A stretch of 64,000 nt of DNA. Origin: Gammaproteobacteria bacterium (GTDB lineage Bacteria; Pseudomonadota; Gammaproteobacteria; Eutrophobiales; Eutrophobiaceae). The stretch spans positions 1,504,001 to 1,568,000 of the forward strand of contig CBDCDS010000003.1 of assembly GCA_965215365.1 (NCBI GenBank), in the 5' to 3' direction. The notes under the pieces were generated by a model. It made no database searches, was not told the origin of the DNA, and was given only the letters and a program-made list of their open reading frames with translations. The position numbers and the translations under genes are program-made. Positions 1 through 10,312 of this stretch are shown piece after piece (within the stretch, counting starts at the first letter, position 1; the number at the start of each line of letters is the position of its first letter).

Positions 1-660
1 GCGGACGATGACCTGCCCGTTGCCCGGCACGGTGCGTAGCAAATGGTGGAACTGCCTTTGAATTTCCTCAATACCGGCAAAGATGTCCGCATGATCGTAT
101 TCCAGGTTATTTATCACCAGTATATCAGGACGATAGTGGACAAACTTTGAGCGTTTATCGAAAAATGCCGTGTCATATTCGTCGGCTTCAACGACAAAAT
201 AACCCGGCTCACCCAGGGTCGCGGAATACCCGAAGTTTTCCGGCACCCCGCCGATCAGGAAGCCGGGGTTCAGCCCGGCATCGTGCAACAACCAGGCAAG
301 GATGCTGGCAGTGGTGGTCTTGCCATGGGTGCCGGCAACAGCCAATACCGTGCGTCCCGGCAATACCTGCTGCGCCAGCCACTGCGGTCCCGAGGTGTAG
401 GGCAGTTTTTGCGCCAGTACATATTCCACACACGGGTTGCCACGTGCCAGGGCATTGCCGATAATCACCAGATCCGGCTTAGGGTCGAGCCGATCCGGTT
501 TATAGCCCTGGCGCACTTCTATGCCGGCGCGCGCCAACTCGTCGCTCATGGGAGGATAGACGTTCTGGTCGGTTCCGGTCACCCGGTGTCCCAGTTGTTG
601 CGCCAGTCGCGCCAGCCCCCCCATAAAGGTGCCGCAGATGCCGAGTAGGTGCAGATTCAA
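1..660 (-). CDS. mpl: UDP-N-acetylmuramate:L-alanyl-gamma-D-glutamyl-meso-diaminopimelate ligase (5' part; continues off the left edge)
   Basis: Manual minus-strand translation from TTG at 660: LNLHLLGICGTFMGGLARLAQQLGHRVTGTDQNVYPPMS...AVAGTHGKTTTAS...EADEYDTAFFDKRSKFVHY. Confidence 0.9.
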   Translation of the reverse strand, partial: MNLHLLGICGTFMGGLARLAQQLGHRVTGTDQNVYPPMSDELARAGIEVRQGYKPDRLDPKPDLVIIGNALARGNPCVEYVLAQKLPYTSGPQWLAQQVLPGRTVLAVAGTHGKTTTASILAWLLHDAGLNPGFLIGGVPENFGYSATLGEPGYFVVEADEYDTAFFDKRSKFVHYRPDILVINNLEYDHADIFAGIEEIQRQFHHLLRTVPGNGQVIVR

Positions 661-682
661 TTGAAATTCCGTGAAAATTCTA

Positions 683-710
683 TTGACACGATCCGATAAC
701 TTCGTATAAT
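683..710 (+). promoter_or_regulatory. Consensus sigma70 promoter TTGACA-16nt-TATAAT upstream of the 756..950 ORF
   Basis: TTGACA at 683-688 and TATAAT at 705-710. Confidence 0.6.
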
Positions 711-755
711 ACAGGCTGTTTGTTCCGATACAACCATAAGCAAAAAGAGATTTGA

Positions 756-950
756 ATGAGCAACACTGCCCTGTACAAAGCATTGACCGAAGCGGGCGCG
801 TCGAAAGAAAGCGCTGGCGCTGCCGCCGAGACCCTGAGCGAACGTCTGCACAAGATTGAAATAACTGTTGCTGAGCTGAAAATTACCACCCGGGTGACGT
901 TGGGTCTGGTTTGCGCCTTGCTTGTGCTGATGTTAAAATCCACACTTTAG
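756..950 (+). CDS. Small coiled-coil protein with C-terminal TM helix (DUF1640/CCDC90-like)
   Basis: LYKALTEAGASKESAGAAAE motif, short coil and hydrophobic C-terminus; strong upstream promoter. Confidence 0.55.
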   Translation: MSNTALYKALTEAGASKESAGAAAETLSERLHKIEITVAELKITTRVTLGLVCALLVLMLKSTL

Positions 951-1055
951 AGCAGTCCTCTTATTGTTTCATTTCCTCGCTCCGGCAAGGGGTCAAAGCG
1001 CCGTTGCACTGCGCCTGCTCCCGTTTGAGCATGTTCACAAGATGGGGAGAACGAC

Positions 1056-1532
1056 ATGCAGATAGATATTGGCATTTCCGAAGAAAACCGGCAGCAGATA
1101 GCCGCAGGTTTATCTAGGTTGCTCGCCGACAGTTACACTTTGTACCTCAAGACCCATAATTTTCACTGGAACGTAACCGGCCCGATGTTCACTACCCTGC
1201 ACACCCTATTTGAGCAGCATTATACCGAGCTGGCGACGGCGGTGGATGAGATTGCAGAACGTATTCGGGCGCTGGGCGTGGCGGCGCCCGGGTCTTACCG
1301 ACAATTCAGTGAACTGTCTTCCATCCCCGAGGAAACCGGCGTACCCGGCGCCGAGGAGATGATCCGACAACTGGCGCAGGGCCAGGAAGCCGTGGTCAAA
1401 ACCGCCAGGGGCATTTTCCCCGTCGTGGAAAGCGCCAACGACGAAGCCTCTGCGGACCTGTTGACCCAGCGCATGCAAATCCATGAAAAAAACGCCTGGA
1501 TGCTGCGCAGTCTGCTCGATGAGCGTGGTTAG
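1056..1532 (+). CDS. dps: Dps DNA-binding ferritin-like protein
   Basis: LYLKTHNFHWNVTGPMF and DEIAERIRALG signatures. Confidence 0.95.
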   Translation: MQIDIGISEENRQQIAAGLSRLLADSYTLYLKTHNFHWNVTGPMFTTLHTLFEQHYTELATAVDEIAERIRALGVAAPGSYRQFSELSSIPEETGVPGAEEMIRQLAQGQEAVVKTARGIFPVVESANDEASADLLTQRMQIHEKNAWMLRSLLDERG

Positions 1533-1569
1533 CCCACAGCGCTTCACCTGGTGAGATATGTGGGTCAGA
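1529..1569. repeat. Miniature inverted-repeat family B, short copy
   Basis: TTAG-CCCACA...GGTGAGATATGTGGG-TCAG, similar to the copies at 7543-7789, 35128-35275 and 45470-45533. Confidence 0.6.
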
Positions 1570-1923
1570 CTGCTACTGTTGATTTCCCTGTTGCTCTTCG
1601 GCGCCGCAGGGTGTGCAAAAGCGCCGGTAAGAAATACCTTCAACCAGGAAGAAATGGCACTGCTGGCCGAGACTAATCTGGCCTTCACCAGCTGCCTGCA
1701 GGAAGCTGCCCCGGAACAGCTCGAATCCAGCCCGGATGTACGCGTAGTGGCTGCAAATACGGTCGAAGTCTGCAACCCCATCCTGGACGAATTAAAAACC
1801 ACGCTGGAGCAAAACGGGGTCAACCCGGCTTTCTTCATGCACGCAGTCACCCGCATAAAAAACCGCGCCATCCGCCGCCTGCTGCCGCTGCTGATGATGG
1901 AGAAATCGAACCAAACGCCTTGA
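1558..1923 (+). CDS. Hypothetical lipoprotein
   Basis: Hydrophobic signal and lipobox AAGC. Confidence 0.7.
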   Translation: MWVRLLLLISLLLFGAAGCAKAPVRNTFNQEEMALLAETNLAFTSCLQEAAPEQLESSPDVRVVAANTVEVCNPILDELKTTLEQNGVNPAFFMHAVTRIKNRAIRRLLPLLMMEKSNQTP

Positions 1924-1940
1924 CTGGCACCTTTATATTC

Positions 1941-2170
1941 AGGTAACCTCTAAAAATACCCTCCGTGGTATTTTTTGATGCGTCTCATCCTTGGGACGCC
2001 CCCTGCGGGCATCGAAGTGGATGTCCAAATCTGTTCCAAACAGATTGGTGAGACGGAAATGAAAAAGTATGATTTTTCATTTCCTTCATTTTCAAGCACT
2101 GACGTGCTTGCAGTGACTGGCAGCACATCCCTGTGCTGCACGGTCACCTCGTGTTTGTGAGAGGTGCCCT
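1941..2170. mobile_element. MITE family A, longest copy
   Basis: Imperfect TIRs AGGTAACCTCTA / TGAGAGGTGCCCT; segments shared with 46640-46792 (inverted) and 50496-50598. Confidence 0.7.
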
Positions 2171-2193
2171 TCAGATATTGGCAGGAATTGTTC

Positions 2194-2433
2194 ATGTTAG
2201 TTACCGTAAAAAAATGGGGTAATAGCGCTGCAATACGCTTGCCGGCTGAGGTGCTGAATGCCGCGCAGGTTAGTCTGGAGCAGCGTGTCAGTGTACATGT
2301 GGAAGGTCGTAGAATTGTGCTCGACCCCTCCGAGGATGAAAATAGTCTTGATATGCTGCTTGCACAAATTACCCCCGATAACATTCACGGCGAAGTATCT
2401 TTTGGCTCCCCGACAGGCAAAGAATTACTTTAA
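2194..2433 (+). CDS. mazE: MazE/AbrB-family antitoxin
   Basis: VKKWGNSAAIRLP...LDMLLAQITPDNIHGEVSFGSPTGKE; stop overlaps the start of mazF. Confidence 0.9.
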   Translation: MLVTVKKWGNSAAIRLPAEVLNAAQVSLEQRVSVHVEGRRIVLDPSEDENSLDMLLAQITPDNIHGEVSFGSPTGKELL

Positions 2434-2620
2434 TGTCGTCAACCTATGTTCCCGACACAGGTGATATTATCTGGCTGGATTTCGACCCGTCAGCAGGACA
2501 TGAGCAGGCAGGACACCGGCTTGCTCTGGTTTTATCCCCGAAACTCTACAACAGCAAAACCGGACTGTTAATTTGTGTTCCTCTTACCAGTCAGATAAAG
2601 GGTTTTCCCTTTGAGGTTGG
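2433..2620 (+). pseudogene. mazF: MazF/PemK toxin, 3'-truncated
   Basis: YVPDTGDIIWLDFDPSAGHEQAGHRLALVLSP...CVPLTSQIKGFPFEV, then similarity ends. Confidence 0.8.
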
Positions 2621-2826
2621 GCTTCAACAACGAACGCGAAGCAGACTACCTGGGCATTATCTGGGCTGTAGAAGCCGGTTATGATCCGCAGGGCGCTATC
2701 AGGCTACGCGACAACCCAATGAGAAAGAAAAGCGCTTGCAGAGGATACTGCATCTCTCATCCCCTCTCTGTCGAACGAATTATGAAGTCAAAGGCGCTGG
2801 CACGTCGCTTGTCACGCGATAACTAG
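2617..2826 (+). pseudogene. C-terminal remnant of an M48-family peptidase
   Basis: EREADYLG...AGYDPQGA...SHPLSVERI motifs; no HExxH N-terminal part. Confidence 0.6.
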
Positions 2827-2932
2827 CTCTCACCTCCTGCTAAATCTAAATGCTTATGCAGGGCACTGCGCGCCCTGACGGCATGTAACTGAAAAGTTTC
2901 AGGGTGGTAATTTTTCATTGTTATCGGTCCAT

Positions 2933-4651
2933 TCATTGGTGGAAGTCAGAAATAAGACCATCCATCTCCAGGAATAATGGCGCACCGGTAAATGAGAGCG
3001 GAGAGATTGGCCCGTAGAACATGAATGGGAATTTTTTGTTGCTTGAGGGGTCGATAAATGAGCGGTAGAACTTTGCGCCGGTATCATCGTTAATAGTATC
3101 CCTGATTTTGTTAAACTCGGAACCGCTGGTCAGGCCGTAGCCGAAAGCAAATATTCTGATTTGTCGCCTTATCTCCTCGTGTAAGGAATCGATGGTTTGG
3201 GTGATAAACATGTAGCCTATGCCGTATTTACGCGTCGTACGGACGGCATCAATGATGCTGGTGGTCAACTCCTTGATTTCCTGATCGTAGTTGTAGGTAC
3301 TGATAAAGCGATGTGCTTCGTCCATTACCACCAGACAATTTGCTTGTTCACCATTCGCATATAATTCTGCTCCTTTCTCTTTGATGGCATCTTCGATGAT
3401 TTTGATGAAAAGCGTTTGAATAGATTCCATCCCGCTTATGGCATGTCTGCCTGATATATTGAGCACTACCACATTCCCTGAGGCACGGACTACGTTTTCG
3501 ATAACATTCTCTAATCCAGTTTTGCCAGACTGAGAAAAAAGTTTGCATACATACATCCATATTTTTTGTGCCTCGTAATCTACGGAATTACTCACCATAT
3601 TCTCAATCCGCTTCTTTAAATTGTTGAGGTGCTGACCGCTTGAATAGACACTTGCAATGTATTTATCATCCTCGCCAAATCGCGTGATCATTGATTTAAG
3701 GAGAGAGTTGCTATCTTCATTTCCAATCGAAAAATTTGGATTATTCATCCTCCCCATAATGTAATCCTGTATCGCCTCTGCCATCAGTTCTCTTTTTTCC
3801 TGACTGTGAATCCTGAAGGCCTTTCTGACGAATCCGTAGTTCAGCAGTAGCATGCTGAATAATCTTGCGTCATTGGGTAACGCAACATCATCTGGTACTT
3901 TTAACTTCTTGTATTGCATTCCTGTTTTTGTGATCTCTTCTTCAAACTTGACTTGCCCCGGCAACACATTATTGTCCTCATAAAACTGCTCCTGCGGGTC
4001 AAGTATCAGGATACTCATTTTGTCGCTGTGTTGTGCGTAACCCAGAATCATGTTGGCGGCGGTGGTTGTTTTCCCGGACCCGGTTCGCCCAAAAACGCCG
4101 ATGTGGTAAGCATCTCCTCCTCCGCCTTCATCGGGCTTGCCGAAGTGTTTGAACCAGAATGGGACATTCACATTTGTGTCATAGGCTTTTCCGAGACAGA
4201 CAAGTTGTCCTTGGTATTGTTTCATTAATTCCTGCATAACTTCGTTAGTGATCCCCTTTACCGGCACACCGGTTGACGGAGAGTTTGCCAGTTTGTGGGC
4301 TTCGGATTTGTCGCTGGTCAAAATGAAGCTGGATTGAACATTAATCTTGGCAATACGGTTGTCGGCAACGCCGCTCAGATTTGGCAGCTTTCCATGCCGC
4401 TTGATGATCCCCTTGAATGAGGGTTCCTCATGCCATCTGTTTTTGGTCTCTATCTCGGTAATTTGCCCCAGGACAAGCACTGTGTTCTCGCCCTCTTTTA
4501 CATGAAAGCAAACCAATTCTCCAAGCAGCTTGCTCGTTTCATTTACCTCTTTAATATCAACGATAGCTTCAAAGGAACTGCTTGGGGAACCGACTACGCC
4601 GAGCGCCTGATCGTCAGAATCTAAAAGTTCAATAATATTCGTACTGGTCAT
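2933..4651 (-). CDS. HerA/FtsK-family ATPase (HAS barrel + DUF87-type ATPase)
   Basis: N-terminal GVVGSPSS beta-rich region, Walker A GRTGSGKT, Walker B VVMDEAH, RKYG...ITQ. Confidence 0.85.
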   Translation of the reverse strand: MTSTNIIELLDSDDQALGVVGSPSSSFEAIVDIKEVNETSKLLGELVCFHVKEGENTVLVLGQITEIETKNRWHEEPSFKGIIKRHGKLPNLSGVADNRIAKINVQSSFILTSDKSEAHKLANSPSTGVPVKGITNEVMQELMKQYQGQLVCLGKAYDTNVNVPFWFKHFGKPDEGGGGDAYHIGVFGRTGSGKTTTAANMILGYAQHSDKMSILILDPQEQFYEDNNVLPGQVKFEEEITKTGMQYKKLKVPDDVALPNDARLFSMLLLNYGFVRKAFRIHSQEKRELMAEAIQDYIMGRMNNPNFSIGNEDSNSLLKSMITRFGEDDKYIASVYSSGQHLNNLKKRIENMVSNSVDYEAQKIWMYVCKLFSQSGKTGLENVIENVVRASGNVVVLNISGRHAISGMESIQTLFIKIIEDAIKEKGAELYANGEQANCLVVMDEAHRFISTYNYDQEIKELTTSIIDAVRTTRKYGIGYMFITQTIDSLHEEIRRQIRIFAFGYGLTSGSEFNKIRDTINDDTGAKFYRSFIDPSSNKKFPFMFYGPISPLSFTGAPLFLEMDGLISDFHQ

Positions 4652-4662
4652 GTTGCTAAAAA

Positions 4663-5853
4663 CTAATTAGTGCGGTAAGGAAAAATGAGTTCAAAATGTT
4701 TTTGTTGATTGAGCATAGGGTCATTACTGATAGCCTGATTCACAGCTTCCATTCCAAAAGAAATGTTTTTGGCTATCACATCTGCAAGGTATTGTGGATA
4801 TGGCTCTCTGATTTCCGGAGAAATAATCTGGCGTCGCAGGCTGCGAAAATATTTTTCCAGCCTTTGTGTATCCTCAGCAAGGTCTTTTTTGATTTCAAAC
4901 CTGAAAGCAGAAGAAAATGAATTCGGTTTGTAGTAGCAGAAATACAACTCTGATTTATGGCTATCTGTAATCTTGAACGGAGCAATGGCCTGGCCCAGAA
5001 GCGGGTTTAATTCGGTTTCGTTATCCACGCCATCAATTTCAAGATTACAAGCGATGTGTATTTGCTTCCACATAGCCTTGTCTTTTTCACTTTGCCCCAC
5101 AGAGAGGGGCTTGGTGTACTCGTCTTCATTCAAGATCATGGACATAAACACCTTGTCGTCCGCCTTGATGTCTAATTCATGCAAAACAGTATCAATAATT
5201 TCCCGGGAAGAAGAATACTTGGTAAGCCCGATAACAGCATCATCCGCAAAGGCATTGCTGATAATATCGGGAATATCAGGGATCACTTTTCTATAATTTT
5301 CATGCAAAAAATCGGAAAGAGATTGAACGTATGGTTGATCGGCCGCATCCCGATCATTGGCGCTTAACAGACTGTTGAGTTTAAGGATGGTCGTCAAATG
5401 AGAGCCATCCATGATCCTTATCTCCCGATCAGTCTCAGCAAGAATACTGAGCTCCATCAAAAACATGATCCCTTGTGACAGCCTGGTATTAGCAACATGG
5501 TGTGGCAGCACAGCCTGCCACTGCTGATACTGTCTCGCATCTGCTGGCCACGCGCTGGATTCCTGGTTGGAAAGACCATCGACACCCACAGCGAGCGCCA
5601 GTAGTATATCCGCGCTGGTTTTGTGCTCTATGATATTGGCGCCATCCGCCGCCATGATTGACGAGGTATATTCTCCTTCAGGACAGGTACGTATAATCGC
5701 TTGCTCATGCAGGGTTGCCCTGGCCCTATCTGCCTGCTCGGTATTTAATTGGACGGTTGCTGCCAGTTGTTTCGCCGTTTCCGGCGTTTTCTCCAGCATC
5801 TGCAGTAAAAGATCTTCCGGGAGGTAAGCATAGTCCTTATGCTGTTCAGTCAT
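4663..5853 (-). CDS. NurA-like nuclease
   Basis: AADGA, IMDGS, TKYSSS and EPYPQYLAD motifs; directly upstream of the HerA-like ATPase. Confidence 0.8.
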   Translation of the reverse strand: MTEQHKDYAYLPEDLLLQMLEKTPETAKQLAATVQLNTEQADRARATLHEQAIIRTCPEGEYTSSIMAADGANIIEHKTSADILLALAVGVDGLSNQESSAWPADARQYQQWQAVLPHHVANTRLSQGIMFLMELSILAETDREIRIMDGSHLTTILKLNSLLSANDRDAADQPYVQSLSDFLHENYRKVIPDIPDIISNAFADDAVIGLTKYSSSREIIDTVLHELDIKADDKVFMSMILNEDEYTKPLSVGQSEKDKAMWKQIHIACNLEIDGVDNETELNPLLGQAIAPFKITDSHKSELYFCYYKPNSFSSAFRFEIKKDLAEDTQRLEKYFRSLRRQIISPEIREPYPQYLADVIAKNISFGMEAVNQAISNDPMLNQQKHFELIFPYRTN

Positions 5854-7034
5854 GCCGGGAGGCCCACTACCAGGTTTTTACTACGTATCAGGTCCTCTTT
5901 TATGTCATGGAGGAATTGTTCTTTTGAAAACATGAGTTTTTCTTTCGCACAATCGCCAGACCGCTTTATCGCCCAGCGTTCTTGCCAATATTCAGTCAGA
6001 CCTTCTATAGTGCGCTTTTCCCACTGTGGCGCTTGACTTTGGTGAATAACAGCCTTGATATTTTGGGCCAGAGGGAACAGGTAAACGGCTCGTTTGATCC
6101 CGTGTCCCACGCCATTTTTGAAACCTAAATCACCCATCGCACGGTCGATAATTTTCATTTTAACCGACGGGCCATTACCAAAAGATCTACCCGCTTCAAT
6201 ATTATTCCTCCTGAGATAGTCAACAAATCCCTCGTATAAACTATTTGGAATATGAAATGAACCGCTCCCATGTGTGTAGCCGATAAAATCACAAACTCTC
6301 CTACCGTTAAACCGCAGCCGGTTATAGACACTGCTTTTGCCGTAAGCACCCGTGGTTGTAACAAAAAGCAGGTCGGCAGGTATGTTTCTCTTCTTCAACA
6401 GGGTTTTATAGTCTTTATATTTTTCATGAAATTCTGTCCGTATTTCGTCACACGTCAAGAGCAGAGCAACCAGTTTCCCGCCCAAAAACCTGTTGTAGGG
6501 GGGCAAGGCGCCAAGACGCTGAGCATTCATGGACTGGTTTATCCAGTAATCCCGCATATTTTTGGTAATGCCAAGATAATTGTCCCTGACACTCCAACTT
6601 AGAATCGGACTCTGTAATCCTATGAGGCCAACAGGAGCATTGTGGCAATCATCCCAGACAATAAAACGCATTTGCCGGCCATACGCCCTTTCATAAGGCA
6701 GGCTCCACCAGGTGAAATTCCACCAACGGAATAATTTTTCGTGTTCCGACCCGGATTGCACTGCAATCAGGCGAGGCCTGATTTTTGCTACGTCCAACTC
6801 TGCACTGTCCAGCATGAATTGTCTGGCTTTGGGGGTGAAGGATTCAATGAAATTAACATGTTCAGCAACTCGCTCCGCCCTGGAGATTGAATGAATATTT
6901 CTTATATCCGGCTTGTCATGTTCAGAGATATGGAAGGTACCGTCTCTGATTATGAATCCCTGTGAACGAAGTGCTTCGATGACTTCGTTTTTGAGCGTTG
7001 TTTCGGCTGGCGATAGATTCATTGAATTCGGCAA
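5850..7034 (-). CDS. DUF4338 / Druantia DruA-like protein
   Basis: WWSLPY...GRQMRFIVWD...GLIGLQSP...RDNYLG...LGALPPYNRFLGGKLVA...TTTGAYGKSSVYNRL...GYTHGSG; alternative ATG at 7022. Confidence 0.75.
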   Translation of the reverse strand: MPNSMNLSPAETTLKNEVIEALRSQGFIIRDGTFHISEHDKPDIRNIHSISRAERVAEHVNFIESFTPKARQFMLDSAELDVAKIRPRLIAVQSGSEHEKLFRWWNFTWWSLPYERAYGRQMRFIVWDDCHNAPVGLIGLQSPILSWSVRDNYLGITKNMRDYWINQSMNAQRLGALPPYNRFLGGKLVALLLTCDEIRTEFHEKYKDYKTLLKKRNIPADLLFVTTTGAYGKSSVYNRLRFNGRRVCDFIGYTHGSGSFHIPNSLYEGFVDYLRRNNIEAGRSFGNGPSVKMKIIDRAMGDLGFKNGVGHGIKRAVYLFPLAQNIKAVIHQSQAPQWEKRTIEGLTEYWQERWAIKRSGDCAKEKLMFSKEQFLHDIKEDLIRSKNLVVGLPA

Positions 7035-7553
7035 TTATAAACCTGCTGCAAAAGGATGCACTTTCATCAACGGCTTGAGTTCCTCCAGCGCGCGCCGGTA
7101 CACGTCTCGTTTGAAAAACACGACGTTTCTGGCCGGTTCGGAAAAGTCTGCCCAGCGCCAGTGGTCGAATTCCGGACGACGGCTTGACGACAGGTTGACG
7201 GCGCTTTCATCGCCGGTGAGTCTCAGCAGGTACCAGCGCTGCTTCTGGCCGATGCACAGGGGTTTGAGGTGGCGTCGGATGTATCGTTGCGGCAACTTGT
7301 AGCGCAGCCAGTTGCGGGTGGCGCCGACTATCTCGACATGCTCCGGCAACAGGCCGACTTCTTCGTGCAACTCCCGGTACATGGCTGCTTCCACGGACTC
7401 TTCCGGTCTGATACCACCTTGCGGAAACTGCCAGGCATCCGTGCCGACACGTTTTGCCCAGAATACCTGATGCTCATTATTAAACAGCACTATCCCCACA
7501 TTGGCGCGGAAGCCGTCTGCATCAATAATTTGTGAATCCCGTCTAACCCGCAT
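7035..7553 (-). CDS. rppH: RNA pyrophosphohydrolase
   Basis: [19 protein letters not shown], Nudix box [16 protein letters not shown]. Confidence 0.95.
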   Translation of the reverse strand: MRVRRDSQIIDADGFRANVGIVLFNNEHQVFWAKRVGTDAWQFPQGGIRPEESVEAAMYRELHEEVGLLPEHVEIVGATRNWLRYKLPQRYIRRHLKPLCIGQKQRWYLLRLTGDESAVNLSSSRRPEFDHWRWADFSEPARNVVFFKRDVYRRALEELKPLMKVHPFAAGL

Positions 7554-7789
7554 ATCTCACCAAGTCGCTTGTTGCCTTATGAAACATTTCTGCTATCAAT
7601 AAGTTATGATAATACTGCTATTCTTTCCACCTGACACACCACGCTTGATGCGCCCTCGCTGGTCCTGGTTCTGCCTGCGGGCACGTGCTTGTTCAACCAT
7701 AGCTACCGCTATGGTTTCGGGCGCAGGCACCCGCAGGCAGAACCAATCCGGCGCGATCTTCGCATCACTTGGTGAGATATGCGGGTTAG
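7543..7789. repeat. Miniature inverted-repeat family B, composite copy
   Basis: CTAACCCGCATATCTCACCAAGT at 7543 is inverted to ACTTGGTGAGATATGCGGGTTAG ending at 7789; 7730-7789 is nearly identical to 45474-45533. Confidence 0.7.
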
Positions 7790-7885
7790 GCATTGTGTCA
7801 TACTGCTTGTGGAAAGCTGAACTTTTAACACAGATTGCATGACGCAACAAGTTACGGCCACCTCTGAAAATCAGCGGTGGACTGG

Positions 7886-8863
7886 TTACAACAAATGCTT
7901 AATCGCTTCGCGCTCCTGCTCCAGCTCGGCCCGGGTTGCTTCCAGCTTCAGCCGGCTGAATTCGTTAATTTCCAGCCCCCGGACTATTTCATAACCGCCG
8001 GCTGAGCAAGTGACCGGGTAGGAATAGACGATGCCTTCGGGGATGCCGTAACTGCCGTCGGCGGCGACGGCCATGCTGGCCCAGTCATGGTCGGGGGTGC
8101 CGAAGGTCCAAGCACGGGCGTGATCGATGATGGCGTTGGCCGCAGAGGCGGCGCTGGAGGCGCCGCGCGCGCGGATGATGGCGGCGCCGCGTTGGGCGAC
8201 GCCGGGGATGAATTCGTTTTCGTACCAGTCCTGTTCGACCCGCTCCAGAGCCGGTTGCCCAGCCACCAGGGCATGGTGCAGGTCCGGGTATTGCGTGGTG
8301 GAATGATTCCCCCACACGGTCAGGTTACGCACGGCGTCAACCGGACACTGCGCACGTGCCGCCAGCATGGCCTGCGCCCGATTGTGATCCAGACGCATCA
8401 TTGCCTGTATCTGGCGCGGGTCCAGGTCCGGCGCATTGTTCATGGCAATCAAGGCATTGGTATTGGCGGGGTTGCCGATCACCAGCACTTTAACGTGCCG
8501 CTGCGCATGCTCGTTCAAGGCCCGGCCCTGCGCCTTGAAAATCTCGGCGTTGCTTAACAACAGGTCGGCGCGCTCCATGCCGGGGCCGCGCGGTCTGGCG
8601 CCGACCAGGAAGGCATAGTCGGCATCCCTGAACGCGACATTGGCGTCGGCACTGGTGACCACGCCGGCCAGGGTGGGAAACGCGCAGTCGTTAAGTTCCA
8701 TGACCACACCGTCCAGCACCGGCAACGCCGGGGGAATTTCAAGCAGTTGCAGGAACACCGGTTGCTCCTGGCCCAGCAACTCACCGGCGGCAAGCCGGAA
8801 CAGCAGGGCATAGCCGATCTGACCGGCGGCGCCGGTGACAGCAATTCGTAGTGGCGGGTTCAT
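7886..8863 (-). CDS. mdh: Malate dehydrogenase (type 2)
   Basis: [30 protein letters not shown]. Confidence 0.95.
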   Translation of the reverse strand: MNPPLRIAVTGAAGQIGYALLFRLAAGELLGQEQPVFLQLLEIPPALPVLDGVVMELNDCAFPTLAGVVTSADANVAFRDADYAFLVGARPRGPGMERADLLLSNAEIFKAQGRALNEHAQRHVKVLVIGNPANTNALIAMNNAPDLDPRQIQAMMRLDHNRAQAMLAARAQCPVDAVRNLTVWGNHSTTQYPDLHHALVAGQPALERVEQDWYENEFIPGVAQRGAAIIRARGASSAASAANAIIDHARAWTFGTPDHDWASMAVAADGSYGIPEGIVYSYPVTCSAGGYEIVRGLEINEFSRLKLEATRAELEQEREAIKHLL

Positions 8864-8864
8864 G

Positions 8865-10157
8865 TCAGCGTCGCCTCTCGATGGGAATATAATCGCGGGT
8901 TTCAGCGCCCACGTACAACTGTCTGGGGCGACCGATACGAAAATCTTCGTCCTGCATGAATTCCATCCACTGGGCCACCCAGCCGGCGCTACGGGCCAGG
9001 GCGAACATGACGGTAAACATGGAGGTGGGGATGCGTAACGCCTGATAGATCAGGCCGGAATAAAAATCCACATTGGGATACAGCTTGCGTTCGATGAAAT
9101 AGTCATCCTCCAGCGCGATCCGCTCCAGTTCCATGGCGATCTCGAACAGCGGCTGGTTCAACTTCATTTCATCCAGCAAATCGTGGCAGACCTCGCGAAT
9201 GATTTTTGCTCTGGGGTCGTAGTTCTTGTACACCCGGTGGCCGAAGCCCATCAGGCGAAACGGGTCGTTGCGATCCTTGGCCCGGGCCACATACTGCGGA
9301 ATGTTGGCCGGGCTGCCAATCTCCTCCAGCATGCGCACCACCGCCTCATTGGCACCGCCGTGGGACTTGCCCCATAAAGTGGTGATGCCGGCGGCGACAC
9401 AGGCAAACGGATTGGCTTCCGAGCTGCCGGCCAGGCGTACCGTGGAGGTACTGGCATTTTGTTCGTGGTCCGCATGCAGAATGAACAGCAGGTCCAGGGC
9501 CCGTATTGCAACCGGGGAGGGCACGTATTCCTCGGTAGGCCAGGAAAACGTCATGTACATGAAATTCTCGATGTAACTGCGGGAATTGTCCGGGTACACG
9601 AACGGCAGTCCCGAGGCGTGGCGATAACACTTCGAGGCCACGTTGGGCATCTTGGCGATCACGCGCCGGGCGGTGATGATGCGGTTTTCCGCGTCCCAGA
9701 TGTCAGTTCTGTCGTGGTAATAAGAAGCGATAGCACTCGTCACTCCGGCCATGATCGACATCGGATGGGCGTCGTAGCGGTAGGCCGTGTAAAACCGGGA
9801 AATGTGCTCATGGGTCATCATGTGCATCTTGATGGAATGCTCCCATTCATCCATCTGCGCCCGGGTCGGCAAGTTGCCGTGGATCAGCAGATATACGACT
9901 TCCAGGAAGGTACTGTGTTGCGCCAGTTGTTCTATCGGATAACCGCGATAAAGCAGTATGCCTTTCTCCCCGTCCAAGTAAGTAATGGCGCTACGGCAAC
10001 TGGCCGTGGTAACAAAGCCCGGATCAAAGGTGAACATGCCCAGTTCCTGGTACAGGGCGCTGGTATTGATGACCGGCGCACCATAAGTGCCCTCCGTCAC
10101 CGGACATTCGATTTGTTTGCCGGTTTTGTTGTCGGTAATGGTAACCGTGCGGGTCAT
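8865..10157 (-). CDS. gltA: Citrate synthase
   Basis: [32 protein letters not shown]. Confidence 0.97.
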   Translation of the reverse strand: MTRTVTITDNKTGKQIECPVTEGTYGAPVINTSALYQELGMFTFDPGFVTTASCRSAITYLDGEKGILLYRGYPIEQLAQHSTFLEVVYLLIHGNLPTRAQMDEWEHSIKMHMMTHEHISRFYTAYRYDAHPMSIMAGVTSAIASYYHDRTDIWDAENRIITARRVIAKMPNVASKCYRHASGLPFVYPDNSRSYIENFMYMTFSWPTEEYVPSPVAIRALDLLFILHADHEQNASTSTVRLAGSSEANPFACVAAGITTLWGKSHGGANEAVVRMLEEIGSPANIPQYVARAKDRNDPFRLMGFGHRVYKNYDPRAKIIREVCHDLLDEMKLNQPLFEIAMELERIALEDDYFIERKLYPNVDFYSGLIYQALRIPTSMFTVMFALARSAGWVAQWMEFMQDEDFRIGRPRQLYVGAETRDYIPIERRR

Positions 10158-10312
10158 GGAAACGTCTCCTTAAATGTGTTGTTATTTTTTCAGCATACAG
10201 GTATGAGACGGGAACGCAAGTATTCAGGCGCGGCGCGCAGAAATGCCTTATAATGCTCCCCGTGCCGTAGTGATCGTCGGCCAATGTATTGACCAACACT
10301 TTCTGCAAAACG

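Noticed and set aside
696-710. ATAACTTCGTATAAT matches the left 15 nt of loxP
   Set aside because: There is no right-hand inverted arm and no recombinase nearby, and it overlaps a TATAAT promoter box. Most likely coincidence.
2933-7034. Calling the locus a Druantia system or an archaeal-type HerA-NurA-Mre11-Rad50 repair operon
   Set aside because: No druB-E and no mre11/rad50 genes are present in the window.
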